Shown: piece by piece, positions 12,469 through 24,672 of the stretch | How positions within the stretch are numbered: the first letter of the stretch is position 1 | Layout: each line of letters starts with the position of its first letter | Assembly: GCF_001194135.2 (NCBI RefSeq) | Contig: NC_068985.1 | Location: forward strand, 95,814,330 to 95,878,329 | Length of the DNA: 64,000 nt | Direction of reading: 5' to 3' | Source: Octopus bimaculoides | Taxonomy: Eukaryota | The notes under the pieces: model-generated | Databases searched by the model: none | What the model was told of the DNA's origin: nothing | What the model saw: the letters and a program-made list of their open reading frames with translations, nothing else | Position numbers and translations under genes: made by a program

Positions 12469-12954
12469 TTGCCTCCCATATTGGCTAAAATAAACGTTAG
12501 TCATAGACTAATACTATTTCTTTTTAATTAGCTTCTTATTTCTTTGTACATTTAATATGTTAATACTAACTTAACAAGTGTTAACTGATGTTGTCCAAGT
12601 TATTAACACTAAAACATAATTAGTCTATGTAAACAGAGTAAGCTTTGTAGCAAAATGGTGTTGTATTAATTGCTGTATTCTAATGACACCATTTTAGTAG
12701 TGGAAGTCAATATAAAAGATTTGCTCAGTTACATTCATCCAACAGTAAACAAGAGAAAGGAATGACAACTATTAAATTTACGGATAACGATGAGCAATTA
12801 TAACAGCTATTTCACTTCTAAAATATTAAACAAGATATAATAATAAAGAGCTTTTTAGTTCACAGCTCAAGTAGAGAAAGCTATGTCATTATTAAAGTTT
12901 ACAGTATGATACATATCAGAGTTATTTATTCACTTCTAGAGCATTAAACAAGCT

Positions 12955-12985
<31 letters not shown>

Positions 12986-13069
12986 GAGCACTCAGAGAGC
13001 ACAAACCTCTGCCAACGCAACACCAACATCCTCTCAACAATTAACTGGAGAGGATTTTCAAAATGAGAA

Positions 13070-13495
13070 TATCATCGTTTAACGTCCGCTTTCCATGCTA
13101 GCATGGGTTGGACGATTTGATTGAGGACTGGCGAGCCAGATGGCTACACCAGGCTCTAATCTGATCAGGCAGAGTTTCTACAGCTGGATGCCCTTCCTAA
13201 CGCCAACCACTCTGAGAGTGTAGTGGGTGCTTTTACGTGCCACCGGCACAAGGGCCAGTCTCGCGGTACTGGCAACGGCCACACTCAAGTGGTGTTTTTT
13301 TACGTGCCACCTACACAGGAGCCAGTCCAGTGGCACTGGCCACGACCTCGCTCGAATGTTTTTCATGTGCCACCAGTACAAGTGCCAGTAAGGCGACGCT
13401 GGTAACGATCATGTTCAAATGGTGCCTTTTACATGCCACTGGCACAGAAGCCATTCAGCTGCTCTGGCAACAATCACGCTCAGATGGTAACTGGA
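13070..13495 (-). mobile_element. Family C SINE or non-autonomous retroposon with internal ~65-nt repeats and (GAT)n tail (also 19130-19535 +, 20298-20433 +, 23205-23422 +, 37028-37165 +, 44285-44700 -, 52178-52480 -, 61562-61640 -)
   Basis: Highly similar copies share ggcgttaggaagggcatccagctgtagaaactctgcc...gcatggaaagcggacgttaaacgatgatg. Confidence 0.85.
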
Positions 13496-13939
13496 GATGA
13501 TCTTTAAAATGAGAATATCTGAAATAAGACCCTTCAATGAATATCATGAGACCTTTTGGTTTTCTCTTCTCTTAAATTCTGGGCTTCCTTTAGAAATCCT
13601 GTTGTCTTAGATCGATGTATAGAATTATGTATATATGTAAGTATACTGTAAAGTGTTAAAATGTATGTATAATCTCCTAATATAATAATGATCATTGTCT
13701 TTTTATATATATATATATAAATAGAGCTGGAGTGAGAGGTAAAGGTAGAGGAGATAAATGGCAAAGAGACTATTGTATGAATGAGAAAGGAAGGGGTGAT
13801 AGATGAATAATGAAGGTAGGAGTGTAAAAGCTGATAAACAGTTTGAAGTGTGTGTATATATGTGTGTGTGTGTGTGCAAGTGAACTATGTGAAACTTTAC
13901 ATATACATGTAAGGTAAAGAAAAGATAAAAAAATAATCT

Positions 13940-14110
13940 AGAATCCTTGTCCGGTACCAGACCGTTCCCAAAATCTAATCAGTTTGTGCCGGTCATGAGG
14001 CCAAACTTGCCTGAAAGTTTCATCCGGATCCATCCAGTTCTTCTTCAGATATCTTGTCCACAGACAAACAAGCACGACTGAAAACAATACCTCTGCCAAA
14101 GCGGAGGTAA
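13940..14110. mobile_element. Short element ending in a hairpin (acctc...gaggt); possibly a non-autonomous rolling-circle (Helentron/HINE-like) end
   Basis: cacagacaaacaagcacgactgaaaacaatacctctgccaaagcggaggtaataa. The classification is from memory only. Confidence 0.35.
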
Positions 14111-14114
14111 TAAT

Positions 14115-14708
14115 AAGAATCTTTTCTATTATAGGCACAAGGCCTGAAATTTGTGGGGGAGGAGATAGTCAATTACATTCACCCCAGAACACAACTGGTA
14201 CTTATTTTATCAAGGACGAAAGGCAAAGTCGACCTCTGTGGAATCTGAACTCAGGACAAAATAATAAGCATCTTTTCTACTGTAGGCACAAGGGCTGAAA
14301 TTTGGGAGAAGAGGACTAATTGATTAAATCAATCCCAGTGTTTCACTGGTACTTATTTCATCAACCCTGAAAGAATAAAAGACAAAGTTGACCTCAGCGG
14401 AATTTGAACTCAGAACATAAAGAATAACGAAATGCCACTAAGCATTTTGCCTGGCATACTAACAATTCTGCCAGCTCATCACCTTAATAATAATGGTTTC
14501 AAATTTTGGCAGAAGGCCAGCAATTTCAGGGGAGGGAATGAGTTGAATACATCAATCCCCAGTGCTCAACTGGTCCTTATTTTACTGACCCTGAAAGGAT
14601 GAAAGGCAAAGTCAACCTCGGCGGGATTTGAACTCAGAACATGAAACCAGGATGAAATACAGCTAGGCATTTCATCCGGTGTGTTAACAATTCTGCCAGC
14701 TCACCACC

Positions 14709-14740
<32 letters not shown>

Positions 14741-14893
14741 CCTTTCTACTATAGGCACCAGGCCTGAAATTTTGGGGGAGGAGGACTAGTCAATTACATT
14801 GACCCAAGTACTCCACTGGTACTTAATTTATTGACCCTGAATGGATGAAAGGCTAAGTCGACCTCAGCGGAATTTGAACTCAGAACATAAAGA
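14115..14893 (-). mobile_element. Array of four head-to-tail family B SINEs
   Basis: Four repeats of cttttctactataggcac...ggcaaagtcgacctc...gaatttgaactcaga. Confidence 0.9.
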
Positions 14894-15917
14894 GCCGTTT
14901 ATTTTACAGCTCAAATGAGAAAGCTGTGATACCAAAAGCTGTTTGTGTTACTGTTAGAGTTAATATCATTGTTTTAGCACCTCTTTTGCCATCTTGCATG
15001 GGTCAGATGGAATTTGTTGAGCAGATTTTCTACAGCCGGTTTCCCATTCTTGTTGCTCACTATTGCCCCACGACCATGCATGCTTCCACAGAATACAGGA
15101 AATGAAAGACACCACTCACATGACCGTGACACCTGCTTACAACTACCATGTAATGTTAAGACAAGGAGACAATCACAATCACACAAAGGGCTTCTTTCAA
15201 TTTTTCTCTATCAAATCCACTCACAACGCTTTGGTCAACCCAGGGCTGGGTTGGGAAACAAACTTTCACCACACAGCCATGCCTGTCCCTACAGCCAAAA
15301 GGTGATTATTTCACTGCCAGACTATTAAATAAGCTACAATAATGATCATCACAACAGGTTGTTCCACTGTTAAGAGATGAGAAAGTTATGACAGCCACCA
15401 GGATTATGTATTTCACTGCTAGATCTGAACAAGTTTTTGACAACCAACTGTCAGAGCAGTTTCTTTCGTAGTTCATAAAACTGATAAACTGATGAATATC
15501 AGAGCCTGGGTTTTTTTTTTTTTTCTTTTCTCTCTCAGCTGCATCTAGTTTCTGTATAAACCACAAAGTTCTTTAAAAGTTAGTTTATAACATGAACAGT
15601 CAAGTAACTAAATAATAATTACATCAAATGATTGTGTCTAGAAATTCTCCAAGCTAAGCTGAGAGCTATGAACACCTGAAAAGTGCAGTTCTAGACGGTG
15701 ATTACAGGGATGGTTTATCTGAGATTAATTAAGTTTCAGATGATAACAATATCAGTTAAAATATGGTACAAGACTTATTACCCAGAATGTATAAAATGCA
15801 CGAGTTTTTAAAACAAAAATTATCCAAGTAAAATTAGTCTGGTAGAACAAATATTATCTCTACAGTGGTTTATCATAATAATTTAAGACAGCTGGGGAAA
15901 ATATATATATTTGTGTA

Positions 15918-16295
15918 AGGCGCAGGAGTGGCTGTGTGGTAAGTAGCTTGCTTACCAACCATATGGTTCTGGGTTCATTCCCCTGCGTGTCTTCTACTAT
16001 AGCCTCGGGCCGACCAAAGCCTTGTGAGTGGATTTGGTAGACAGAAACTGAAAGAAGCCCGTCATATATATGTATATATATGTATGTATGTGTGTATTTG
16101 TCCCCCCAACATCGCTTCACAACCGATGCTGGCGTGTTTACGTCCCCGTAACTTAGCGGTTCGGCAAAAGAGATCGATAGAATAAGTACTAGGCTTCCAA
16201 AGAATAAGTCCTGGGGGTCGATTTGCTCGACTAAAAGGCGGTGCTCCAGAATGGCCGCAGTCAAATGACTGAAGCAAGTAATAAAGAGTAAAGAG
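15918..16295 (+). mobile_element. Full-length family A CORE-type tRNA-derived SINE (resembles the octopus OR-type SINEs); reference copy
   Basis: tRNA-like head with A/B boxes (gtggctgtgtggtaag; ggttcattcc), CORE-like segment, central (TA/TG)n, 3' tail ggcggtgctccagaatggccgcagtcaaatgactgaa. Confidence 0.85.
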
Positions 16296-17786
16296 AGAGA
16301 ATATTAATTCTGTAATACAACTACTGTATTTTCTGATATACAACTTGAATTTTTCACACCAAAATTTACAGTTTTAAAAATCTTCCAAGAAAATATTTTG
16401 TTATAGGAGGAGAATATTATCTTACTTTAAAACAGGAAAGGCATCCCACTGTAGAAAATCTCTCTGAGCAGATTCCATCTGACTCATGAAAATATGGAAA
16501 AGAGGACGAGGATGTTAAACAATGAGGATGAAGGCAAAGGTATTTTAAGTGAGTAGAAAGGAAGAAGCATCTGGAACGCGACGAAGAAGTTAGTAGCAGG
16601 AAAGACATCCGACAGCTGAAACCTCGCCAAAGCAGACAGCAAAGCTTGCACAGTCATCTGGCTTGCCTTTACATGTCAAACCATCCAACCCATGCCAGCA
16701 TGGAAGACAGCCGCTAAATGATAATGATGATGGTGATTAACAATAATCCAGAATTTTAATTAACGATAATTCAGACATTAAATCACATTTTAAGGTAATA
16801 TCGTTTATCAGCCTTCAAAGAGAGCCGTATTAAAAGGGGCAACAGCAAAGCGTTTGTTTCGTTTGGCACACTTTATTCAAAGTTGGTCAAATGCCACAAT
16901 ATAAACAAATTCTTTTTCCACACCTTTCGTTAAGCCAACAAATTTACTTATTCTTATTAATTCTTTTTATTTATGGTATGAAGAAAATTTCAAAATAATT
17001 TTCCTACAAGAAAAATAATTCCTAAGAAGTAAAAAAAAGTGAAATAGTTATAAAATTCCAAAATAGGTTCTCCCAACTTAATCTTGATATAGTTTTAAAC
17101 TGCTTCAGGCTTATTTCCAATAACAGCTGGGTACAAAGTTTATTATTTCATCTAATCAATCGTTTCTCAACCATTTATGTTAAATGATGATGATGTGTGT
17201 GTCTGTGTTTGTCCCCCATCCATCATTTGACAACCGATGATGGTGTTTTTACGGCCCTGTGAGAGACCAATAGATTAAGTACTAGGCTTAAAAAGAATTA
17301 GTTCTGGGGTCAATTTGCTTGAATGAAGGCAGTGCTCCAGCATGGTCACAGTCAAATGACTAAAACAAGTAAAAGAATAAATAGCAAGACATAATGAAGG
17401 TGTGTGGCTGAGTAGTTCGGGTATTCAGCTCACAATCATAAGGTCACGAGTTCAGTTCCCAGAGATGCAGTGTGTCCTAGAGCAAGACACTTAATTTCAC
17501 GTTGCTCCAGTCCACTCAGCTGGCAAAGATGAGTAGTACCTGTATTTCAAAAGGGGCCAGCTTTGTCACATTCCATGTCACGCTGAACTACACTAAGGGT
17601 ACGCATGTCTGTGGATTACTCAGCCACTTGCATAGTAATTCCACAAGCAGGCTGCGCCGTTGATGGGATCCACTGGAATCCTTGTCATCATAAAAACGGA
17701 GCGCCACCTTTCCCAACTTCCATAAGAATGTGAGGGGAAAAAAAAAGATGGTTAGCGAAGGGAGTAGAGGTGTATGTAGGAGTCTA

Positions 17787-17943
17787 GGACATTTACCCCC
17801 ACGGACAATAACCTCCCTCCAAGGACAACTACCCCTGACGACAACAGATGATTTAAAACTTCTTAATGTATTAGAGAGGGGGTAATTAACCAAGTGGGGT
17901 AATTGTCCTGGGGGTAGTTGTTGCTGGGGGAGGGTAATTGTCC
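17787..17943. repeat. Foldback element built from inverted arrays of GGACAA(T/C)TACCCC
   Basis: Three left motifs and three to four reverse-complement right motifs. Confidence 0.7.
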
Positions 17944-18016
17944 TGATACAGTATGCAGTGAGTAAAGGACAAGAGTGAAAGTGTGGTTGATAAGAAATAC
18001 CAATATGGCGAAGGGT

Positions 18017-18021
<5 letters not shown>

Positions 18022-18057
<36 letters not shown>
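18022..18057 (+). repeat. (GA)n microsatellite (another at about 18403-18432)
   Basis: Directly visible. Confidence 0.95.
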
Positions 18058-18064
<7 letters not shown>

Positions 18065-18397
18065 GAGTGGTTCAGGAAAGGGAATAGTTCAGAAAATGGA
18101 CATTAAATGTTGATGAGGAGAAACTATTTGCCATTAGATTTTAAATTAGAAATAATCAGAACTAGGACAGTCTAGAATGTAACAAGGTCAAAAGTTCACA
18201 AATAATGCACTGCGGCACACCAGTCCAATGTTAGGAATACGTCTAGGTGTGGTGCAGATAATTTTAAAATATAATGCAAAGCTTTAGAAAATGTAATCTA
18301 AAGCTTGGTTATCTTGAAAAACGAGTTATTGATAATTCTGTTTAACTTTCAAATGATTAATAAATGAAAGAGACCAATACAAACGTGCATATGCGTG

Positions 18398-18438
<41 letters not shown>

Positions 18439-20184
18439 TTCCTATTTAATCACAAGTGTACCACAAAATCAAAATGATTGAAAAGCATGTAATAGATTGA
18501 GGAAGCCTCTATATGGTTATTTGATTTGAAAGAAATAACAGCCAATATCCTTCAAGTTGCACAGTACACTCATATAGAAAGGAAGGAGACACTGGATAAT
18601 GTAATCACAGGTATACTGTGCTGGAAAAGAAAAAAAAAAAAAAAGGAACCTGCCTGAAACACCTTTTATCATAGATCTGCTCAATCAGAACATGTTCCAT
18701 TCTTTGATACAGATCATACACAAATCACAATTTGTATCAAGTATTTGTTTTATACCCTTATAAATTAGGTGCCAGTTTAAATGGACGATCGGCATGAATG
18801 GGTTAACACCAACAAAATGCTTAGCAACATTTTCTCTATTTTTACATTCCAATTTGAGATTTTTGCCTTTCATCCTTTTGGGGTTGATAAAATAAGTACC
18901 AGTTGAATAATGGGGTGGATGTAATCAACTCACCCAAATTTGCTGGCCTTATGCCAAAACCTGAAATCAGTATTTAACACTCAATCACTTTCAGAGACAG
19001 TAACCAACATGATGAAGTTATATCTAGTGAGATTTGAACCTGACAGGTGCCAGTCAACAAATTTGGCAAGTGAGATAGAAACTGAACCAAATTTGATGAC
19101 TGGCACCCATACCAGTGGAGCAATAACAGCACCATCCGAGCGGGATCACTGCCAGAGCAGTGGTCTCGCTCCTGTGCCGGTGACATGTAAAAAGCACCAT
19201 TTGAGCGTGATCATTACCAGCATTGTCTTACTGGCACTTGTGCCGGTGGCGTGTGAACAAAACATTGGACCGACTCCTGTGCAGGGGACACGTAAAAAAA
19301 ACACCATTTGAGCTTGACCATTGCCAGTACAGCCTGACTGGCCCTCATGCTGGTGGCATGTAAAAAGCACCCACTACACTCTCGGAGTGGTTGGCGTTAG
19401 GAAGGGCATCCAGCTGTAGAAACTCTGCCAGATGAGATTGGAGTCTGGTGTAGCCATCTGGTTCGCCAGTCCCCAGTCAAATCGTCCAACCCATGCTAGC
19501 ATGGAAAGCAGACGTTAAATGATGATGATGATGATGTTTAGTTTGATATTTTGTCTTAGCCATCTAACATTCTTATACTCCCAGAATTAAATTTAAAAAT
19601 TTGATTTTAAATTTGTGTTTTATTTTCTTACACTGAATTTTCAAGTAACAGTCTACCTTGTCTCTGGACATATACCATAACTTTACAACAGTTCAGTTCT
19701 CTGTGTTGTGAATATTTTATGTCAATATATAATCCTGTCCCTTTTTTGGTTTTTTTATTTTTTTTATTTCCCCATTGCATTACTATCGGAAATTATTAAT
19801 TCCATGCTGCAAATGTGATTATATCTTCAACTAATTAAATCAACCGCTGTTAGTTAATGAAGCTAATATCCAAAGAACAGCACAAGTTACAACATTAATT
19901 GGATAATTTGCTAAAACATCAAAATAAATTATTTTTTTGACATGGAAATTACGTGAAATAAGTATATATTTCTGTATGGGAATCTTTAGATCAACACATC
20001 TTTTATTTTGTGTGTGTGTGTGTGCATGTGAGAGAGAGAGGGGGGGGGGAGATAAAAGATGTTTTGATTTAAAGATTTCTATACAGAAATTATCGAGAAT
20101 GATCTTTGAAATGTGGAAGAAAATGGTTATATTTAACAGAGGATAATCCATTTTGCAGCTATCGCACCACCCATCAATGAGGTG

Positions 20185-20475
20185 GTTTCTACAAGTCAAT
20201 CTGCTAGAAATAGCAGCCAAATCACTCTCAAATATCTTCTGACTGTCTTAAAGAAAGGACACATTAGGCAATGTAGTTCTAAATATTAAAAAGACAGGAA
20301 GGGCAACCAGCTGTAGAAACTCTGCCAAATCAGATTGGAGCCTGGTGCAGCCACCTGGTCCACCAGTTCTCAGTTAAATCGTCCAACCCATGCCAGCATG
20401 GAAAGCGGACATTAAACAATGATGATGATGATGACAGTCTAGTCTACTCAAAGCTGACCTAGGGCTAAACAACAA
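20185..20475 (+). mobile_element. Family F repeat interrupted by a family C tail (other F pieces at about 18470-18690, 37680-37830 -, 39290-39490, 41240-41590, 42200-42280, 51630-51730, 59800-59950, 63340-63380 -)
   Basis: Recurring ctgctagaaatagcagc(c/t)aaat...ggacacatt...gctgacctggggctaaacaacaac. Confidence 0.65.
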
Positions 20476-20814
20476 GAAAAATGTCATTTAAGGGAGTGTG
20501 GTCTTACATGATCCTGAAACCCCTGGCAGCTGATTACAAGATTTACTGTAGCATGGATGGATAATCTTACTATTCAGAGATCCATTCTGAAGCAAACTGG
20601 CAGCTAACTTTAATGGAGTGTGGGTGATCTGGAAGAACAGGGACAATACAGTGCCATCGCAGAGTTTGAGCTCTGGTCTAACAGTTAGCTTGACAATTTT
20701 TTAATAACTCAGCTATTATAATTCCAACAAAAAGTAACAAACTTCCAAGATTCTCAAAACTTAATTCTTTAACTATTCCATGACAATATTTCTAATGAAA
20801 CAGTTCCAGAATAA

Positions 20815-21340
20815 ACCTCACTGATGCTCTGGGATGCATCATTAGTGAGGTTTCTGGGGTTCCAGGGAGTTTCGAGCCTTTCAACATCAGATCCCTCTCA
20901 CCCACAGTTGACCCAATGGGGATTGATCAAGCCCTAGTTTGCATCCCAATAGTAACAAACCATTGGTCTGTCCTTTTTTTATCCAAAGTCACCTCGTGGC
21001 CTTTTCTGCAGCTTCAGCGATGGGATTTATAGCCCTCGTCCTTGCTGCACCATTAACTCCAAGCCCAGTTAGAGATTTGCAGAATAAACATCCCACAAAA
21101 CCCCTAACAGCCCACTTCAATTACCTCATAACACACCTGCCAGCCCTGGTTTCTGCACTGCTCTCTCAATCCTGGTATTTGGCAAACCTCCTGTCATAAG
21201 CCTCCATCTTCCCAGGGTACAGACAGTCCCCACATGATCTGGGAATTTGGTAAGATCTCTTTGTCTGGGGAGCATGTTGTTGGTACAATGTTTTCCACAA
21301 GATCCACTCTCAGTTGCCAATTTGACCCTATGGACATGTT
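20815..21340 (-). mobile_element. HERO-clade (RLE-endonuclease) non-LTR retrotransposon 3' remnant, decayed
   Basis: Frameshifted translation WQLRVDL..VPTTCSPD...LSVPWED / KMEAYDRRFAKYQD / EQCRNQGWQVCYEVIEVGC*GF / GAARTRAINPIAEAAEKATR*LWIK matches the PD-(D/E)xK RLE C-terminus typical of HERO/NeSL-group elements. Confidence 0.8.
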
Positions 21341-22098
21341 TTTCGCTTAATTTTGGAAATTGTAAACAATTTTGGAAGGAACTAGTAAAATAATTTATTT
21401 TGTCATTAAGATTTAACAAGATGCTCAGAAGTTTTTAAAAAATCAGTACACTGCTTAATTAATGAGGTAAATTATTAGATCTATAATGAATATATGTGAT
21501 AGTAAATCAATGACAACTTTGAAAAATGAATATTGAAACAAAAGTTTAGAATATCAAACATTTTTGTGATAGACATGCCAATATGGAACTGAAGTAAATA
21601 AAAAAAAATTCTTTTTTTTTTTTTTTTTCTGACTAGTTAAAGTGAAATATTTCATTGTGAAAGTATGAGATTAAAAACTTTTTGTATAACAATCTGGTTT
21701 TCATTTATAAATTACATTATCAAATGAAAATGTGTTAATGACCAACATTAACAGGTCATAATTAACTAATTCTATTTAGGCTGGCTAAAAAAAAGTAACC
21801 CATAACCATCCTCTAACCATATTTTCGGTAAAAACAGCTTGTGTTTTATAAAATGAATCAAAGGCCTTCGCCATATATATTGACTATAGAAAATGGTCTA
21901 AAATTAGAGCATATAAACCCCAGTAATGGAAACAAAAAAAGGCATTGTACTAATGCCCCATTTTTTCCATTTTAGGGGATTATACGCCCTAATATTAGGT
22001 TATTGTCTGTAGCTAATATAAAGTTTATAATTCAATTTACAAAATTTCATTCACTGCTGTTTATTAACTCATGCAGAATTTGCACAGAGTGTGTTTTT

Positions 22099-22430
22099 TA
22101 TTCTTTTACTTGTTTCAGTCATTTGACTGCGGCCATGCAGGAGCACCACCTTTCATCGAGCAAATCGACCCCAGGACTTATTCTAAGTGACAGAGACATA
22201 AACACACCAACATCGGTTGTCAAGCGATGGTGGGGGGGACAGACACAGACACAAATAACAAACGCACATACATATATACAACAGGCTTCTTTCAGTTTCC
22301 ATCTACCAAATCCACTCACAAGGCTTTGGTCGGCTCGAAACTATAGTAGAAGATACTTGCCCAAGGTGCCACGCAATGGGACTGAACCCAGAACCATGTG
22401 GTTGAGAAGTAAGCTTCTTATCACACAGCC
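22099..22430 (-). mobile_element. Family A SINE, near full length
   Basis: Reverse complement of 15918-16295. Confidence 0.85.
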
Positions 22431-23490
22431 TCCCATGTTTATTTTAATTTTCTTTTACAAATTCCTTTAGCATTTATGGTACCTAATAGAAATATAAAAA
22501 CCTTGTACTTTACTGGTACTTCATTTCAAGGGTCTTGGAAAGATGAAAAGCAGAGCTGATGTTGTTAGGATAGGAACTCAAAAAGACCATAACTAAATAT
22601 TTGTAAGATTTAAAATATCAATATTTTAAAACTTTGGAAGGATTTAGCACACGCACACACGAAACACACAGAATTAATCTGGCAGCTGGAACAGAACAAA
22701 GGGTTCTTAAATAGAATTATAATGCAAGATTGCAATTTAAATAAGAATATTTTAAGAAAGGTGGATTTTGTATTAGAGCCAGAGGCAGATTGGTATTACA
22801 AAGGTTAGACTATAGTGTAGCCAGATTATCAACTCTTCACAGCAGATTATTTAAATCCTAATTTACATAAACTGAAGTAATTGTAAACTAAGTTTGATTA
22901 TGAAATCACTTGAAGCAGAATTGTAGAAGTGCCAGGTTTGAGTAAATGGCAAACACTTTTGATAGGAACTTGTCTGAGATTTCTCACAAGATTTGTGAAC
23001 AACAAGTTCCCCTGTTTTACACTAATTTGCATTAAAACCTTCAATCAAAATTTTATGTTAACGTGTGTTCCAAGCTCCAGCTTAATAATAACGTTTAATT
23101 TACTAAATTCTTTGTTATTTTCAAAATAAAGTGAAATAAAGATAGTTTATTTACTTCCACAGAAATACGGCAACAAAAAGGTTAAAAATGACCATCTGAA
23201 CGGGGTCAATGCCAGTAGCCCCTGATTGGCCCACGTGCCGGTGTCACATAAAAAGCACCCACTACATTCTCAGAGTGGATGGCATTAGGAAGGGCATCCA
23301 GCTGTAGAAACTTTGCCAGATCAGATTGGAGCCTGGTGCAGCCTCCTGGCTTGCTAGTCCTCAGTCAAACTGTCCAACCCATGCCAGCATGGAAAACAGA
23401 CATTAAACGATGATGATGATGAAGTACTCTCACTATCTGACACTCCGTTTATGATGTCAGTGGATGACACCCATGGAAAACAAAGAGATT

Positions 23491-23755
23491 AGGCGCAGGA
23501 GTGACTTGGGCCAACCAAAGCCTTGTGAGTGGATTTGGTACGGTGGGAACTAAAAGAAGCTCGTCGTGTGTGTTTGTCCCACACTACCACCACTTGACAA
23601 CCGATGGTGTGTTTATGTCCCCGTAATTTAGCGGTTCAGCAAAAAACACTGATAGAATGAGTACTAGGCTTACAAAGAATAAGTCCTGGGGTCGATTTGT
23701 TTGACTAAAGGTGGTGCTCCAGCATGGCCACAGTCAAGATAACTGAAACAAAAGA
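23491..23755 (+). mobile_element. Family A SINE with internal deletion
   Basis: aggcgcaggagtg head fused to the post-CORE body and tail. Confidence 0.8.
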
Positions 23756-24288
23756 AATGAGGAAGAAAAAAAAAAAGAAAAGATTAAATGAGATGAGATG
23801 AAGCTGAACCTTACAAATATGGTAATGAGATACCAAAGCAACAGGTAGTAGTAGTAGTAAGAGAAGGAGGAGGTTGTAGAGGGTGGACAGTGGCAGAAAT
23901 GGTAGAGTGTTGAACGAAATACTTTGCAATATTTAATTACATTTTGAGTTCAAATTCTGCCCAGGGCAATTTTGCATTTTATCTTTCCAGAGTTGATAAA
24001 ATAAAACAATCAAGCAATGGTGGGTGAGTAGAAGGAACATAATAGATAGTCAGCGCCAAAAATACATGAAAAAAAAAAAGAAAAAGACTATATTGTACAG
24101 CAAGCCTGTCTCAGATCATAACAACATTGGGACCCTGGATATAACAATGAAAACTTTGTTTCTAAAACTGAAGAGCTTTAATTTACATCCACAAATTGAT
24201 GGTATGGAAGAACAACAAACTAGTGTTTGCTATGGAAGAACAACAACATATTATATGTCACACTTTTGAAGTGAATAAGGGTAATTAA

Positions 24289-24420
24289 CCTATAAAGCAT
24301 TGGGATTTGTGCTTACATCGCATGGACTGCTGAGCACATTCTATGAAAATGAGACTACCATGCACACAAAAAAAAAAAAATAGTTAAAATATTTTCTTAG
24401 TATATAATGCTGGCAACTTT
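24289..24420 (+). mobile_element. Left end of piggyBac-like MITE family E2
   Basis: TTAA|cctataaagc... collinear with 53141-53278. Confidence 0.65.
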
Positions 24421-24439
24421 CTCTGTCATGGTCAACATG

Positions 24440-24620
24440 ACAATCACACGCTACACACCTTCCTTCCAAGTACTTCTGTAAACAGTGGAAGTGAGCTAGA
24501 ACGTTAAAACTTAGTGCACATGCACAGCAGAGTTGAAGGTCAATTTGTACCAGCAGCTTCACTGCATGCTTTAGCTTTATTACTACGGTAACAGTCCGGA
24601 TACTTATTGATCAGACCATG
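24440..24620 (-). mobile_element. Mariner-like terminal fragment
   Basis: Minus strand begins tggtctgatcaataagtatccggactg, a mariner TIR-like sequence. Confidence 0.5.
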
Positions 24621-24636
24621 TGTGTGTGTGTGTGTG

Positions 24637-24672
<36 letters not shown>

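Noticed and set aside
13223-13495. CRISPR-like appearance of regularly spaced palindromic repeats
   Set aside because: The spacers are themselves homologous and fixed across dispersed copies, the context is eukaryotic, and there are no cas genes.
15306-15566. Minus ORF with CCDDHYCS, superficially Ly6/three-finger-like
   Set aside because: No flanking splice sites or signal peptide on that strand; cysteine spacing does not fit.
15918-16000. tRNA-like A/B boxes here and in other SINE heads
   Set aside because: No complete cloverleaf; they are SINE heads, not tRNA genes.
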